DNA of 64,000 nt from a virus (lineage: Duplodnaviria; Caudoviricetes): positions 3,871 through 67,870 of the IMG/VR virus record IMGVR_UViG_2839589109_000007. One strand, given 5' to 3'. The position numbers and the translations under genes are program-made. Shown one piece after another: positions 1-8,116 of this stretch. The first letter of the stretch is position 1, and every line of letters begins with the position of its first letter. Under the pieces are notes generated by a model. The model saw only the letters and a list, made by a program, of their open reading frames with translations. It was not told the DNA's origin and did no database searches.

Positions 1-128
1 TGGAAGAGGGCTTGATGGGGGTATGGGTGGTGTTCATATTGATTCCTTTCATGCTCTTGCCATTTTGATGGAGAGTGGTTGCGGCCATTTTCAATTCCCT
101 TTTCTGGTTATGGTCTTGTTATGGTGTT

Positions 129-467
129 TCAGTGGATGGCACTGCTCTTTACGACAGGGTCCTGATTGATATCCCTTATTCGTTGCAGGATCAGCCCAGT
201 GACCAGCATCGACTGATCCCGCGCCTGGGGGCTGTGAATACCTACGGTGATGGCCACAATCAGGGTGGTCATTTCAATCAGTACGGTTTCTGCATTCAGC
301 TGCAGGCCTTCCATTTCGTCACCGATCCGGTCCGCCAGCATGACTTTTCTTGCCAGTTCCTTTTCCTCCTGTTCCGAGCTGAGACCAGCGGTCTGCTTCT
401 GTTTTATCTCTATGGCCAGGGCCAGATCATCGGGTGTGAGTGGGCTCATTCCGGCTTTCATTAACAC
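129..467 (-). CDS. Phage hypothetical protein (early left operon)
   Basis: 112-aa ORF co-oriented with and 8 bp downstream of ssb. Confidence 0.65.
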   Translation of the reverse strand: MLMKAGMSPLTPDDLALAIEIKQKQTAGLSSEQEEKELARKVMLADRIGDEMEGLQLNAETVLIEMTTLIVAITVGIHSPQARDQSMLVTGLILQRIRDINQDPVVKSSAIH

Positions 468-475
468 AAGCTCCT

Positions 476-967
476 TTAAAATGGGATGGAGTCGTCGTAG
501 GAGTCATATTGTTGTGTCTGCATGGGCTGGGGAGCATGAGCACCATCCCGGGCATTGGCGTACTGGTTCTGATGTGTGCCTGGTTGTGACTGATAGTTCT
601 GAGGCTGTGCCTGCTGAGCATTGGGGTTCTTTTCCAGAAATAGCAGCTTGCCGTTGTACCCGCTGTACACGACTTCGGTCTGATAGCGATCCTGACCATT
701 CTGGTCCTGCCATTTACGGGTCTGGAGTTGACCTTCGATCATGACTCTGTGGCCTTTGGCCAGATACTGAGCGGCCAGTTCAGCAGGTTTGCCGTACAGT
801 ACTACCCGGTGCCATTCGGTGCGGGTCTGTTTCTGGCCATCTTTTTTCCAGCTCTCTTCCGTGGCGATGGAGAGAATGGTGACGGCATTGCCATTGGCGG
901 TGGCTTTGCAGTCCGGGTCTTTACCCAGCCTGCCAATAAGGGTGACGCGGTTCAGGGATGCGGCCAT
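476..967 (-). CDS. ssb: Single-stranded DNA-binding protein
   Basis: SLNRVTLIGRLGKDP...TEWHRVVLYGK...EGQLQTRKWQDQNGQDRY OB-fold motifs, Q/N-rich linker, acidic DDSIPF tail. Confidence 0.97.
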   Translation of the reverse strand: MAASLNRVTLIGRLGKDPDCKATANGNAVTILSIATEESWKKDGQKQTRTEWHRVVLYGKPAELAAQYLAKGHRVMIEGQLQTRKWQDQNGQDRYQTEVVYSGYNGKLLFLEKNPNAQQAQPQNYQSQPGTHQNQYANARDGAHAPQPMQTQQYDSYDDSIPF

Positions 968-2526
968 CAGGCGGTCTCCTTTTCTTCTGGTTTTAGAGAG
1001 AGTTGTTGAGCTGGGGTGATTAGTGCGGCACGACGGATGATCAGTTCGATGCGGTATTCGTTGCCGTGGTGGTCAAAGCGATAGCAGTCCAGTGAGCCTT
1101 TTCCAAGCCACTTTTCCATGGCGTAGATATCGTCGGTCAGGATCTCTTCGGTGACCTCTCCATCGGTGTAAAGCAGGTCCGGTTGGTCTTCGGCGTTTTC
1201 AGGTTCTGTTACCGGTTCGGGTTCTTTGTCAGCTACCTTCTGCCTGGCTTCCTGATTCAGCCGCAGTTCAATAATGGCCATCAGGTCGGACTGCTCTTTA
1301 TGAAGAAGCACATCCAGATCCGGAAACAGGTAGTCCTTATCAGCTGCCATTTTTCGGTATATCGCCAGATTGTTTTTTACGTCCTGTGCCTGCTGCTTCT
1401 GTTCGATCCGAGCCTGTGCCAGCCGGTCATTTACCGCAGACTGCATGCTGGATACGTTCTTTTTACCCTTGATCACCTCCTGAAAATCAGCAGGTGTAAC
1501 CACTGCAGCGATCCAGCCGGGAGTAAGTTCGGTATTAATCACCTGACGTTCTTTTTCCAGGGTGGTGACGGCTTTCAGTACGATGCTGTCTTTGATGTGC
1601 TGCTTCTGATGCTTGACCTGCTTATCCAGAGACTTGCGTTTAGTAGCCATGGCCTCGGTCAGGTGGTCGATGCGGGTGAAGAGACGGGCGATATCCGGTA
1701 CCTGGGCAAGTGCAGTCTCTTTGCCGTCCTTCAGCTTTGTTTCCGTCTTTTTGAAAAACTTCACCGCCGATTCGGCATCAGCAAAATCCTGATCGGTAAC
1801 CAGTGCCGATTTGACGGAATCAATGCGTTTGAAGATCTGTTCTTCCAAAAGGTGCAAGTTGGAGTCGATAACAGAACCATCCAGCTGTACCACCAGAGCG
1901 GTGGTGTCCTGAATGACTTCTCCTTCCAGTACCTGTGATGGTGTTTTCGGCTCGAAATTTTTCAGATCTTCCTGAAACTGCTTCCATCCAGCGATCAGAG
2001 CTTCACGACGATAGTCCTGGGATTCGTAGTAAACATGGTGCAGGTTGGCAGAGGTACCATCAGAGCAAACAAACAGAACCCGTTCGGCACCACTGACCAA
2101 TAGTTGTTGTTCCAACTGCCAGTAATAGGCAGGTTCAATACCTTCTCCTTCGATCTGGGCAACCAGCTTTTCATTCCAGAGCTTGTGCTCAAAGACCAGG
2201 TCTTCCACCATGGTCAGCCCGTCGAAGCTGGCCAGCAGAGGTAAACCGTCAATGATGGTGACGCCGGTGGCTGGGAACAGATCCGCTCCGACTATTTTCT
2301 CTGCCAACGGTCGGGCTTCTGCTTCGGCACGATGCCCGGCATCGAATTTCTTCTGCTGAAATTCGTTTACCTCCGGTGTGCTGCCGGTTTTCTTCTGGTG
2401 TAGCAGCTGGTCACGGGACAGAAAGGGACTGTCGCCCATCATGGCCGGTGCCTCGCTGGCGGTGAAATAGTTCTGGCGCAGGGCGAGCCATTCAGGCGTC
2501 CCCTGTTGGATATCGAGAATTTCCAT
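967..2526 (-). CDS. YqaJ-like viral recombinase family (lambda-exonuclease-like) nuclease with long coiled-coil C-terminus
   Basis: QGTPEWLALRQNYFTASEAPAMMG, ASFDG, FEHK, YYWQLEQQLLV motifs. Confidence 0.9.
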   Translation of the reverse strand: MEILDIQQGTPEWLALRQNYFTASEAPAMMGDSPFLSRDQLLHQKKTGSTPEVNEFQQKKFDAGHRAEAEARPLAEKIVGADLFPATGVTIIDGLPLLASFDGLTMVEDLVFEHKLWNEKLVAQIEGEGIEPAYYWQLEQQLLVSGAERVLFVCSDGTSANLHHVYYESQDYRREALIAGWKQFQEDLKNFEPKTPSQVLEGEVIQDTTALVVQLDGSVIDSNLHLLEEQIFKRIDSVKSALVTDQDFADAESAVKFFKKTETKLKDGKETALAQVPDIARLFTRIDHLTEAMATKRKSLDKQVKHQKQHIKDSIVLKAVTTLEKERQVINTELTPGWIAAVVTPADFQEVIKGKKNVSSMQSAVNDRLAQARIEQKQQAQDVKNNLAIYRKMAADKDYLFPDLDVLLHKEQSDLMAIIELRLNQEARQKVADKEPEPVTEPENAEDQPDLLYTDGEVTEEILTDDIYAMEKWLGKGSLDCYRFDHHGNEYRIELIIRRAALITPAQQLSLKPEEKETA

Positions 2527-3309
2527 TTAGTGACCTCTGGGTTGGATGGCTTTCAGTTGTTGTACTTGTTGTGGGGTGGCTGGGGCTTTGGAATTGATTT
2601 TTCGGATAATCCGATCTGCACTCTGTTGGCCGGACTCAATGGATGCCCGCCATTCTGGTAACAGACGCTGGAAGTCTTCATCGGAGTAATGGTTGTGAAC
2701 CGGTGACTGGGTCGAGTCATTCATATCGGGCACATAACCATCGGTATCATCATCGGTGCAGGCCACGCCAAGAATCCCGACCAGAGTCTGTCGCTTCAGA
2801 TAAGTCACGGTAGAACCGATCTGTTGCAGAGGGCTTTTTTTACCGGTGTTATCCATAGGACCAGTGGCCGTGTTACAGATGGTGTGGCCGGATACATGGG
2901 TCAGATTGCAGGTGATGGTGATGTTTGGCCCATTCTGCTGTTGCTCAAACCAGTAGCTCAGTCCGTAGCGGTGAAGAACCGGCTGAACCGCAGCAACCAC
3001 ATCATCAATGGAGGCGTAGGAGTACTCCATGCGACCGCCATTATTGGTGTTAAAGGCAGCGGTCTTGTTCTTTTTAACCACTGGCATCTCTTGCTGAAAG
3101 CGGGAAAAGGCTTCATTGAATTGCTGTCGTGCAACAATGGTCTGGCTCTGTTCGTACAGGTTCATTACCCGTTCCAGCGTGTCGATGCTGGCATTCTGGT
3201 CAATGGCCGACTGCATGATCTGGCCCACTTCAGACAGGGCAGGTGTAGGCTTATCCACAGGCAACACGTCAGCAGATTCCATCAGTTCGGTCTTCTTTTT
3301 AGCTGGCAT
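2527..3309 (-). CDS. ERF family single-strand annealing protein
   Basis: QQIGSTVTYLKRQTLVGILGVACTDDDTDG signature; start moved to ATG 3309 (GAGG upstream, overlaps stop of upstream ORF). Confidence 0.9.
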   Translation of the reverse strand: MPAKKKTELMESADVLPVDKPTPALSEVGQIMQSAIDQNASIDTLERVMNLYEQSQTIVARQQFNEAFSRFQQEMPVVKKNKTAAFNTNNGGRMEYSYASIDDVVAAVQPVLHRYGLSYWFEQQQNGPNITITCNLTHVSGHTICNTATGPMDNTGKKSPLQQIGSTVTYLKRQTLVGILGVACTDDDTDGYVPDMNDSTQSPVHNHYSDEDFQRLLPEWRASIESGQQSADRIIRKINSKAPATPQQVQQLKAIQPRGH

Positions 3310-3667
3310 GGCGAAGGGCCTCGTCCCGGTGAATACGGTTTCTGACGGCCAGCACCTGGTCGGCAATTTCCATCCGGAAACTCTTTTCCAATGCACTGGA
3401 TAATGTGCGGTGCAGTTCGCACCAGGCGCGGAAATCAACGATAACGGCATCTGCCGTTTTCGGGTCTTTACGCCATGCGGTAATTTCATCCCGGATGACC
3501 CGATAGATCTGGAGCACCGTCATATCCGGCGTGATATTGCTGGCGATCTGGTCCTTCAGGATGCAGACCTTGCCGTAGTCGTAGGTGTACTGGTTGATGT
3601 TCAGCCAGTCGCTGATACCCGTGACGACGGGTTCTTCCAGTCGGTTGATTTGGGTTTGATTAGCCAC
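3299..3667 (-). CDS. Phage hypothetical protein
   Basis: In the leftward operon; probable GTG start at 3667 with AAGAGG upstream, overlapping the upstream stop. Confidence 0.65.
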   Translation of the reverse strand: MANQTQINRLEEPVVTGISDWLNINQYTYDYGKVCILKDQIASNITPDMTVLQIYRVIRDEITAWRKDPKTADAVIVDFRAWCELHRTLSSALEKSFRMEIADQVLAVRNRIHRDEALRHAS

Positions 3668-3992
3668 GGCAATAACCTCTTTTGCTGGCGTAGTTAATGA
3701 CATCCCAGCCGGAGAGCCGGGAGTGTTCGTCGTTGCAGTCATGCACCAGCTGTTTCACGGCCAGCCAGCGGTAGCCCTGCATCGGGTGAAATTCTTCCAG
3801 GGTAAGAAAGGTCAGGAAGTTGCTTGGGGTCAGAACGCCAAAACCGGCAATGATGATGTGCTTGTGATCTTCGATCTGTGCCTGAATGTGGGTTTCAATC
3901 CGTTCCAGTTCGGACTCGATGGTCTCTTCGAGGGCTTCCCTGTCGTCAATGGCATTGAGGTGCCGGTTGAGATCGCGGGTAACTGCGTCCAT
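3660..3992 (-). CDS. Phage hypothetical protein, first gene of leftward early operon
   Basis: ATG 3992 with GGAG SD, downstream of AT-rich promoter region. Confidence 0.7.
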   Translation of the reverse strand: MDAVTRDLNRHLNAIDDREALEETIESELERIETHIQAQIEDHKHIIIAGFGVLTPSNFLTFLTLEEFHPMQGYRWLAVKQLVHDCNDEHSRLSGWDVINYASKRGYCRG

Positions 3993-4021
3993 TTTGGCTC
4001 CATTGTTGTTGTTAATACTTA

Positions 4022-4069
4022 AGTAACAAAAGTTATAATATAAAAATATTAAGACTAACAAATGTTAGT
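4022..4069. promoter_or_regulatory. Putative left operators of prophage A repressor
   Basis: Perfect palindrome ACTAACA-AA-TGTTAGT (4054-4069) and degenerate AGTAACA-AA-AGTTATA (4022-4037) in AT-rich intergenic DNA. Confidence 0.6.
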
Positions 4070-4170
4070 TGATTGTATTTTTATATAGAAAATATCAAGT
4101 CGATAAAATCTGATAATTGATTTTCTCGAAGAGGCTGTAGTGTTCAGGCTTAAAACCAGGGTTGGATGAT

Positions 4171-4650
4171 ATGGAATTTGTCGATAATTGGTTGGATACG
4201 CTTCCGGCATCTTTAACAAATGAGTTGAAACCATTCACAAAAATAGATGGTCAGTCAGTGCTGATTAACACCGTTCCTGCCGGCAAAGGTCGGCCACGGT
4301 TTACCCGTCGGGGACGGTGCTATACCCCAGAGGCAACAAAAAAGGCAGAGCAGCAGGCGCACTATTCAGGACAACAGCAGAGGCAGGGAGCGTTGATGAA
4401 AGGTCAGATCGGCGTGCTGGTGCTGGCTGTATTTCCGGTACCGGTGAGTTGGTCAAAGAAGAAGCGCTCTGCAGCCCTGGCCGGAGAGATCCGGCCTGCG
4501 GTAAAGCCCGACTTTGACAATGTGGCGAAGCTGTATTGCGATGCCTTGAATGGTATTGTCTGGGAGGATGACAAGCAGATTGTCGATGGCCGCTGCATTA
4601 AGGTTTATGGGCAGCAGCCAGGCGTTTTGGTGTTGAGCTGGCAGTTATAG
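4171..4650 (+). CDS. rusA: RusA family Holliday junction resolvase
   Basis: PAGKGRPRF, KPDFDNVAKLYCDALNGIVWEDDKQIV motifs. Confidence 0.92.
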   Translation: MEFVDNWLDTLPASLTNELKPFTKIDGQSVLINTVPAGKGRPRFTRRGRCYTPEATKKAEQQAHYSGQQQRQGALMKGQIGVLVLAVFPVPVSWSKKKRSAALAGEIRPAVKPDFDNVAKLYCDALNGIVWEDDKQIVDGRCIKVYGQQPGVLVLSWQL

Positions 4651-5313
4651 CGGGCAACTGAATCCCACGGCAGTTCCCTTGTATATGTCCATAACATCAC
4701 CGGTGTAGGATATTTTCAATTCAGAATAGTGTGGATTAATCATTTTAAAAATATGCTGGTTGGCGTTAATCCGTTGCCAGACTCTCAGCAGCATCTGACC
4801 GTCGATGTCTATCAGCAGTATTTTACCGGGTACCGGCTTGCACTCCTGGTCAATTTGAATGGTGCTGCCATTGGGAATCAGAGTTTTTTCCGCATTCCCC
4901 GGGTCTATCATTGAGTCATTGTCCAGCCGGATCAGGAAACTTTCGCTATCCGACTCAATAATCCGAATGCCTGAGTCTTTCTTGATGGCTTTCTGCTTAT
5001 TTTCAATCTCCTGATAAAAGGCGTCTATATCATCAAGGCTGATAACGGGCAGGGCGTTGGGATTGGGTTCTTCTTCCCCGGTATCCAGCCAGTAAACACT
5101 GACACCCAGTGCCTTGGCGATGGCGATTTTGCTTTCCAGTTTGGGATTGCGTGTCTGGTTCATCCACATACTGTACAGCGCCGAGCTGCAGCCAATCTCC
5201 CGGGCAATTTTAGCGTCCGACAGATTCAGCTCCCTGGTTTTTTGCTTAACGCGCTCAGTCCAGTGCATTGACACGTTTTCCACCATTCTCGTTATTCCAT
5301 GATTTGGTAGCAA
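4645..5313 (-). CDS. CI-like repressor (XRE HTH + S24 peptidase-like domain)
   Basis: LSDAKIAREIGCSSALYSMWMNQTRNP HTH; FLIRLDNDSM...IPNGSTIQID...INPHY C-terminal domain. Confidence 0.9.
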   Translation of the reverse strand: MLPNHGITRMVENVSMHWTERVKQKTRELNLSDAKIAREIGCSSALYSMWMNQTRNPKLESKIAIAKALGVSVYWLDTGEEEPNPNALPVISLDDIDAFYQEIENKQKAIKKDSGIRIIESDSESFLIRLDNDSMIDPGNAEKTLIPNGSTIQIDQECKPVPGKILLIDIDGQMLLRVWQRINANQHIFKMINPHYSELKISYTGDVMDIYKGTAVGFSCPL

Positions 5314-5411
5314 TGTATCACAGAAGCCGTCTTGCCAATCACTGCCGTTGTTAAAGCTGCTTATTTGATTGTTTACAAGGTTGAATAAAAATGGTTATTC
5401 TCATCCGCATA

Positions 5412-5427
5412 GCTAACATAAGTTAGT
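5412..5427. promoter_or_regulatory. Putative right operator of prophage A repressor
   Basis: GCTAACA-TA-AGTTAGT, matching the 4054-4069 palindrome at 13 of 16 positions, between cI and the rightward operon. Confidence 0.55.
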
Positions 5428-5464
5428 TTACGTATCCATAATAATCACAAAAGGATGTTTGATA

Positions 5465-5575
5465 ATGAGCATGCCTAACAGCAATCCTCGGCCAAACTAC
5501 GACCAGTCCCGCAAAGTATCCAGCCTTGACCAACCCCAAATGGATTTTCTCACTGTAATGGGAGGTGCGGCATGA
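5465..5575 (+). CDS. Small 36-aa ORF (MSMPNSNPRPNYDQSRKVSSLDQPQMDFLTVMGGAA) at the cro position
   Basis: Translated by hand; AAGGA upstream; stop overlaps next start as ATGA. Confidence 0.45.
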   Translation: MSMPNSNPRPNYDQSRKVSSLDQPQMDFLTVMGGAA

Positions 5576-5913
5576 ACGAAGACCGCATGAGCCAGGACAG
5601 CCTGAGCCAGGACAGCATGGATGAAGAGAGCTTGCCGCTCCATTGGTATGAGATTCCCTGGCCAATCCGTGGTCATCACCCGCACTTTGAAATGCCTCAT
5701 GATCTCTATGACGAACTGGTGCAAACCTACCCCTGCATCAATGTAGAGCAGGAGCTGATCAATGCTTATGCCTACATGAAGGACCGTTTCCCCGGGTGCA
5801 GTGAAGGGCGGTTTACTCGGTTCATCACCAACTGGATGGAGAAAAATGAACAGGTAAAGCGGAAGACCAATCGGTGGTTTGGCCGCAGAGCTGCTGATGG
5901 AGGTTGTGTATGA
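5572..5913 (+). CDS. Phage hypothetical protein upstream of replication initiator
   Basis: GGAGG SD; ATGA overlaps at both ends. Confidence 0.7.
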   Translation: MNEDRMSQDSLSQDSMDEESLPLHWYEIPWPIRGHHPHFEMPHDLYDELVQTYPCINVEQELINAYAYMKDRFPGCSEGRFTRFITNWMEKNEQVKRKTNRWFGRRAADGGCV

Positions 5914-7061
5914 AGGACTTTGGCAAGGTCTCTGGGCAGTTCTGGATCAGTGATGATATTCAGTCATTGTCAGATAAAGCCAAACTGCTGGCGCTTTACC
6001 TGTTGACCACCGGTCACGGGAACCTGATTGGTATCTTCAGGATGCCAAAAGGCTATATCGCGGCAGACCTTAACTGGGAAGAGCCGAGCGTCGAGCGAGC
6101 GATTGCCGAGCTAACGGCGAGCGGTTTCCTGTTGGCCTCTGACCAGTGCCAGTACATTTGCATTCCGCAGTTCATGGAACACAATCCTGTGGACAATATC
6201 ACCCAGATTGATGCCCGCCTGAAGCTGCTGGTCAAACTGCCACAGATACTGCTGGAAGAATTGCCCGGAGTGATACCCGTTATCGAAAGGGCGGTTGCCA
6301 AAGCCAGTGATTACAAGGGCTCGAAGCAAACCAAAGCGTTGTTGGAAAGTGCTCGGAAGATGCTCGGCAACTGCTCGGAAGAATCTCGCCTAGAGAATAA
6401 GAGAAATAGAGAAATAGAGAATAAGAGAAATCTTTACAAGACATATGTCCGATCTGACGATCGCACGACCCCCAGGATGGGGGAAGTGCCATCAAGTGCC
6501 GGGAGCACGACTGGTGCGACCTCCAGGATGGGGGAAGTGCCATCAAGTGCCGGGAGCACGACTGGTGCGACTGCGAAAAATGCCAAATCGGGCAAGGCTG
6601 ATTTCTCTGAATCCTTCGAAGAGTGGTGGAGCCAGTATCCGAAACGGGAAGGTGACAAGGGCAATAAAACCAAAACCTTTGGCCACTACAAAACCCGGCT
6701 GCGGGAAGGACACTCCTGTGACGACCTGTTGGCCAACATCCTGAACTACGCCCGTTACTGTGACGAAACCGGAGCAACGGGTACCCAGTACGTGAAGACC
6801 ACCACGACCTACCTGAACAACCCCGATAACGCCAGCAATCCATGGATGGTGAACTATGAAGCCCGGCAGCGAAATTCTGGAAAACTCAGCCTGGTTGAAC
6901 AGGTCGAACAGGCCAACGCCCATATCCTCCAACCCGAAAGAACGGGCAACTTCAGCGGAGGGAATATCTACGACGTTGAGCCGGAAAGATCTGGTGACGC
7001 TGTTTTCGACCATGACGGCGCTGTTCGGCCAGAAGTGGACCAGTGCCTACGGTCTGGCTGA
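5910..7061 (+). CDS. Phage replication initiation protein (lambda O-like)
   Basis: N-terminal FWISDDIQSLSDKAKLLALYLLT...GIFRMPKGYIAADL winged-helix type region, internal repeats, FEEWWSQYPKREG motif; followed by P-like gene. Confidence 0.8.
   Translation: MKDFGKVSGQFWISDDIQSLSDKAKLLALYLLTTGHGNLIGIFRMPKGYIAADLNWEEPSVERAIAELTASGFLLASDQCQYICIPQFMEHNPVDNITQIDARLKLLVKLPQILLEELPGVIPVIERAVAKASDYKGSKQTKALLESARKMLGNCSEESRLENKRNREIENKRNLYKTYVRSDDRTTPRMGEVPSSAGSTTGATSRMGEVPSSAGSTTGATAKNAKSGKADFSESFEEWWSQYPKREGDKGNKTKTFGHYKTRLREGHSCDDLLANILNYARYCDETGATGTQYVKTTTTYLNNPDNASNPWMVNYEARQRNSGKLSLVEQVEQANAHILQPERTGNFSGGNIYDVEPERSGDAVFDHDGAVRPEVDQCLRSG
6350..6431 (+). repeat. Putative replication origin: three 11-bp iterons plus purine-rich tract
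   Basis: TGCTCGGAAGA / TGCTCGGCAAC / TGCTCGGAAGA (6350-6382), then repeated GAGAAATA/GAGAATAA units to 6431, inside the O-like gene. Confidence 0.6.
6472..6571 (+). repeat. In-frame tandem duplication, 51-bp period (RMGEVPSSAGSTTGAT x2)
   Basis: CCAGGATGGGGGAAGTGCCATCAAGTGCCGGGAGCACGACTGGTGCGAC at 6472 and 6523. Confidence 0.95.
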
Positions 7062-7572
7062 CCGCAACGGCGAGTGGCAGAGAACGCTGGACGGGTTACA
7101 CCCTGCCCAGCTGGAAATTGGTCTCAACCGTGTACGACTGGCCGGTGGCGAATGGCCACCGACAGCGCCGGAGTTTCGCAAGCTCTGCCTGCCACTGCCG
7201 GAAGAATTGGGCTTGCCAACGCTGGCGAAAGCCTGGCAGGAAGCCAATGAGTATTCTGGTCAACCCAGTCACCACGGCTGGAGCCATCGGGCGGTTTATC
7301 TTGCCGGACGTGAGGCGGGTTGGCATGAGCTGAGAACCGCCGGGAATGCCGAGGAGTGCCGTAACGTGAAGTGCAAGTTTGGGGCGGCCTATCAGGAGCT
7401 GGTTAACCGTGAATGCCAAGGGCTTCCGTTGGAAGATCAGCTTGCCATCGAACACCAGTTTGATCCGGCCATCCACTCGAATCAGCTGTTCAGGGGGAGC
7501 ATGGCCGAACAGGGCATTGACCCGCTGGATGGGCAGGGTGCGCGGCAGAAACTGATGAGCATGTTCTCTTGA
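6856..7572 (+). CDS. Replication protein P-like (helicase loader)
   Basis: LFSTMTALFGQKWTSAYG...LEIGLNRVRLAGGEWPPTAPEFRKLC; position after O-like gene; exact start uncertain. Confidence 0.75.
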   Translation: MKPGSEILENSAWLNRSNRPTPISSNPKERATSAEGISTTLSRKDLVTLFSTMTALFGQKWTSAYGLADRNGEWQRTLDGLHPAQLEIGLNRVRLAGGEWPPTAPEFRKLCLPLPEELGLPTLAKAWQEANEYSGQPSHHGWSHRAVYLAGREAGWHELRTAGNAEECRNVKCKFGAAYQELVNRECQGLPLEDQLAIEHQFDPAIHSNQLFRGSMAEQGIDPLDGQGARQKLMSMFS

Positions 7573-7618
7573 ACGGGCTCAGGGATGGCGAATACCTGGC
7601 CTTTGCGGAGGCGGTCTG

Positions 7619-8101
7619 ATGGCGGAGCTGGCATTGCAGAAAGTGGGAACGCAGGTGCTGGTGCCAGTATCCGACGATGACCAGCTATTCGTTCAGCAGC
7701 TGAAGACCGGGCAGGTGATTCGGGCAGAGTTTCGTAAAGCCCGTAACCCGCATTTTCACCGCAAGTTCTTTGCCCTGCTGAAGCTGGGTTTTGATTACTT
7801 TGAGCCTCAGCCATACCGGATGGAAGGGGCTGACCAGTGGTTTACTCCTGAGAAAAACTTTGATGAGTTCCGTCGCTGGGTGACCGTGAAGGCCGGATTT
7901 TATGACGTGATCGGGTACCCGGACGGTGGTGTCCGCGTTCGTGCCAGAAGCCTGAAATTCTCAAGTATGAGCCAGGAAAATTTTGAGCTGTTGTACTCCA
8001 CAGCAGTGGATGTGTTGCTCCAGTACGTGCTTCATCCAGCGCGGGGTTGGAGTCGGCCCAAGGTGGAAGCACTGGTGGAAAGGTTTATCAACTTTGCGTA
8101 G
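7619..8101 (+). CDS. DUF1367 family phage protein
   Basis: RNPHFHRKFFALLKLGFDYFEP...FDEFRRWVTVKAGFYD...ARSLKFSSMSQENF. Confidence 0.85.
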   Translation: MAELALQKVGTQVLVPVSDDDQLFVQQLKTGQVIRAEFRKARNPHFHRKFFALLKLGFDYFEPQPYRMEGADQWFTPEKNFDEFRRWVTVKAGFYDVIGYPDGGVRVRARSLKFSSMSQENFELLYSTAVDVLLQYVLHPARGWSRPKVEALVERFINFA

Positions 8102-8116
8102 GGAGGAAGGGAATCC

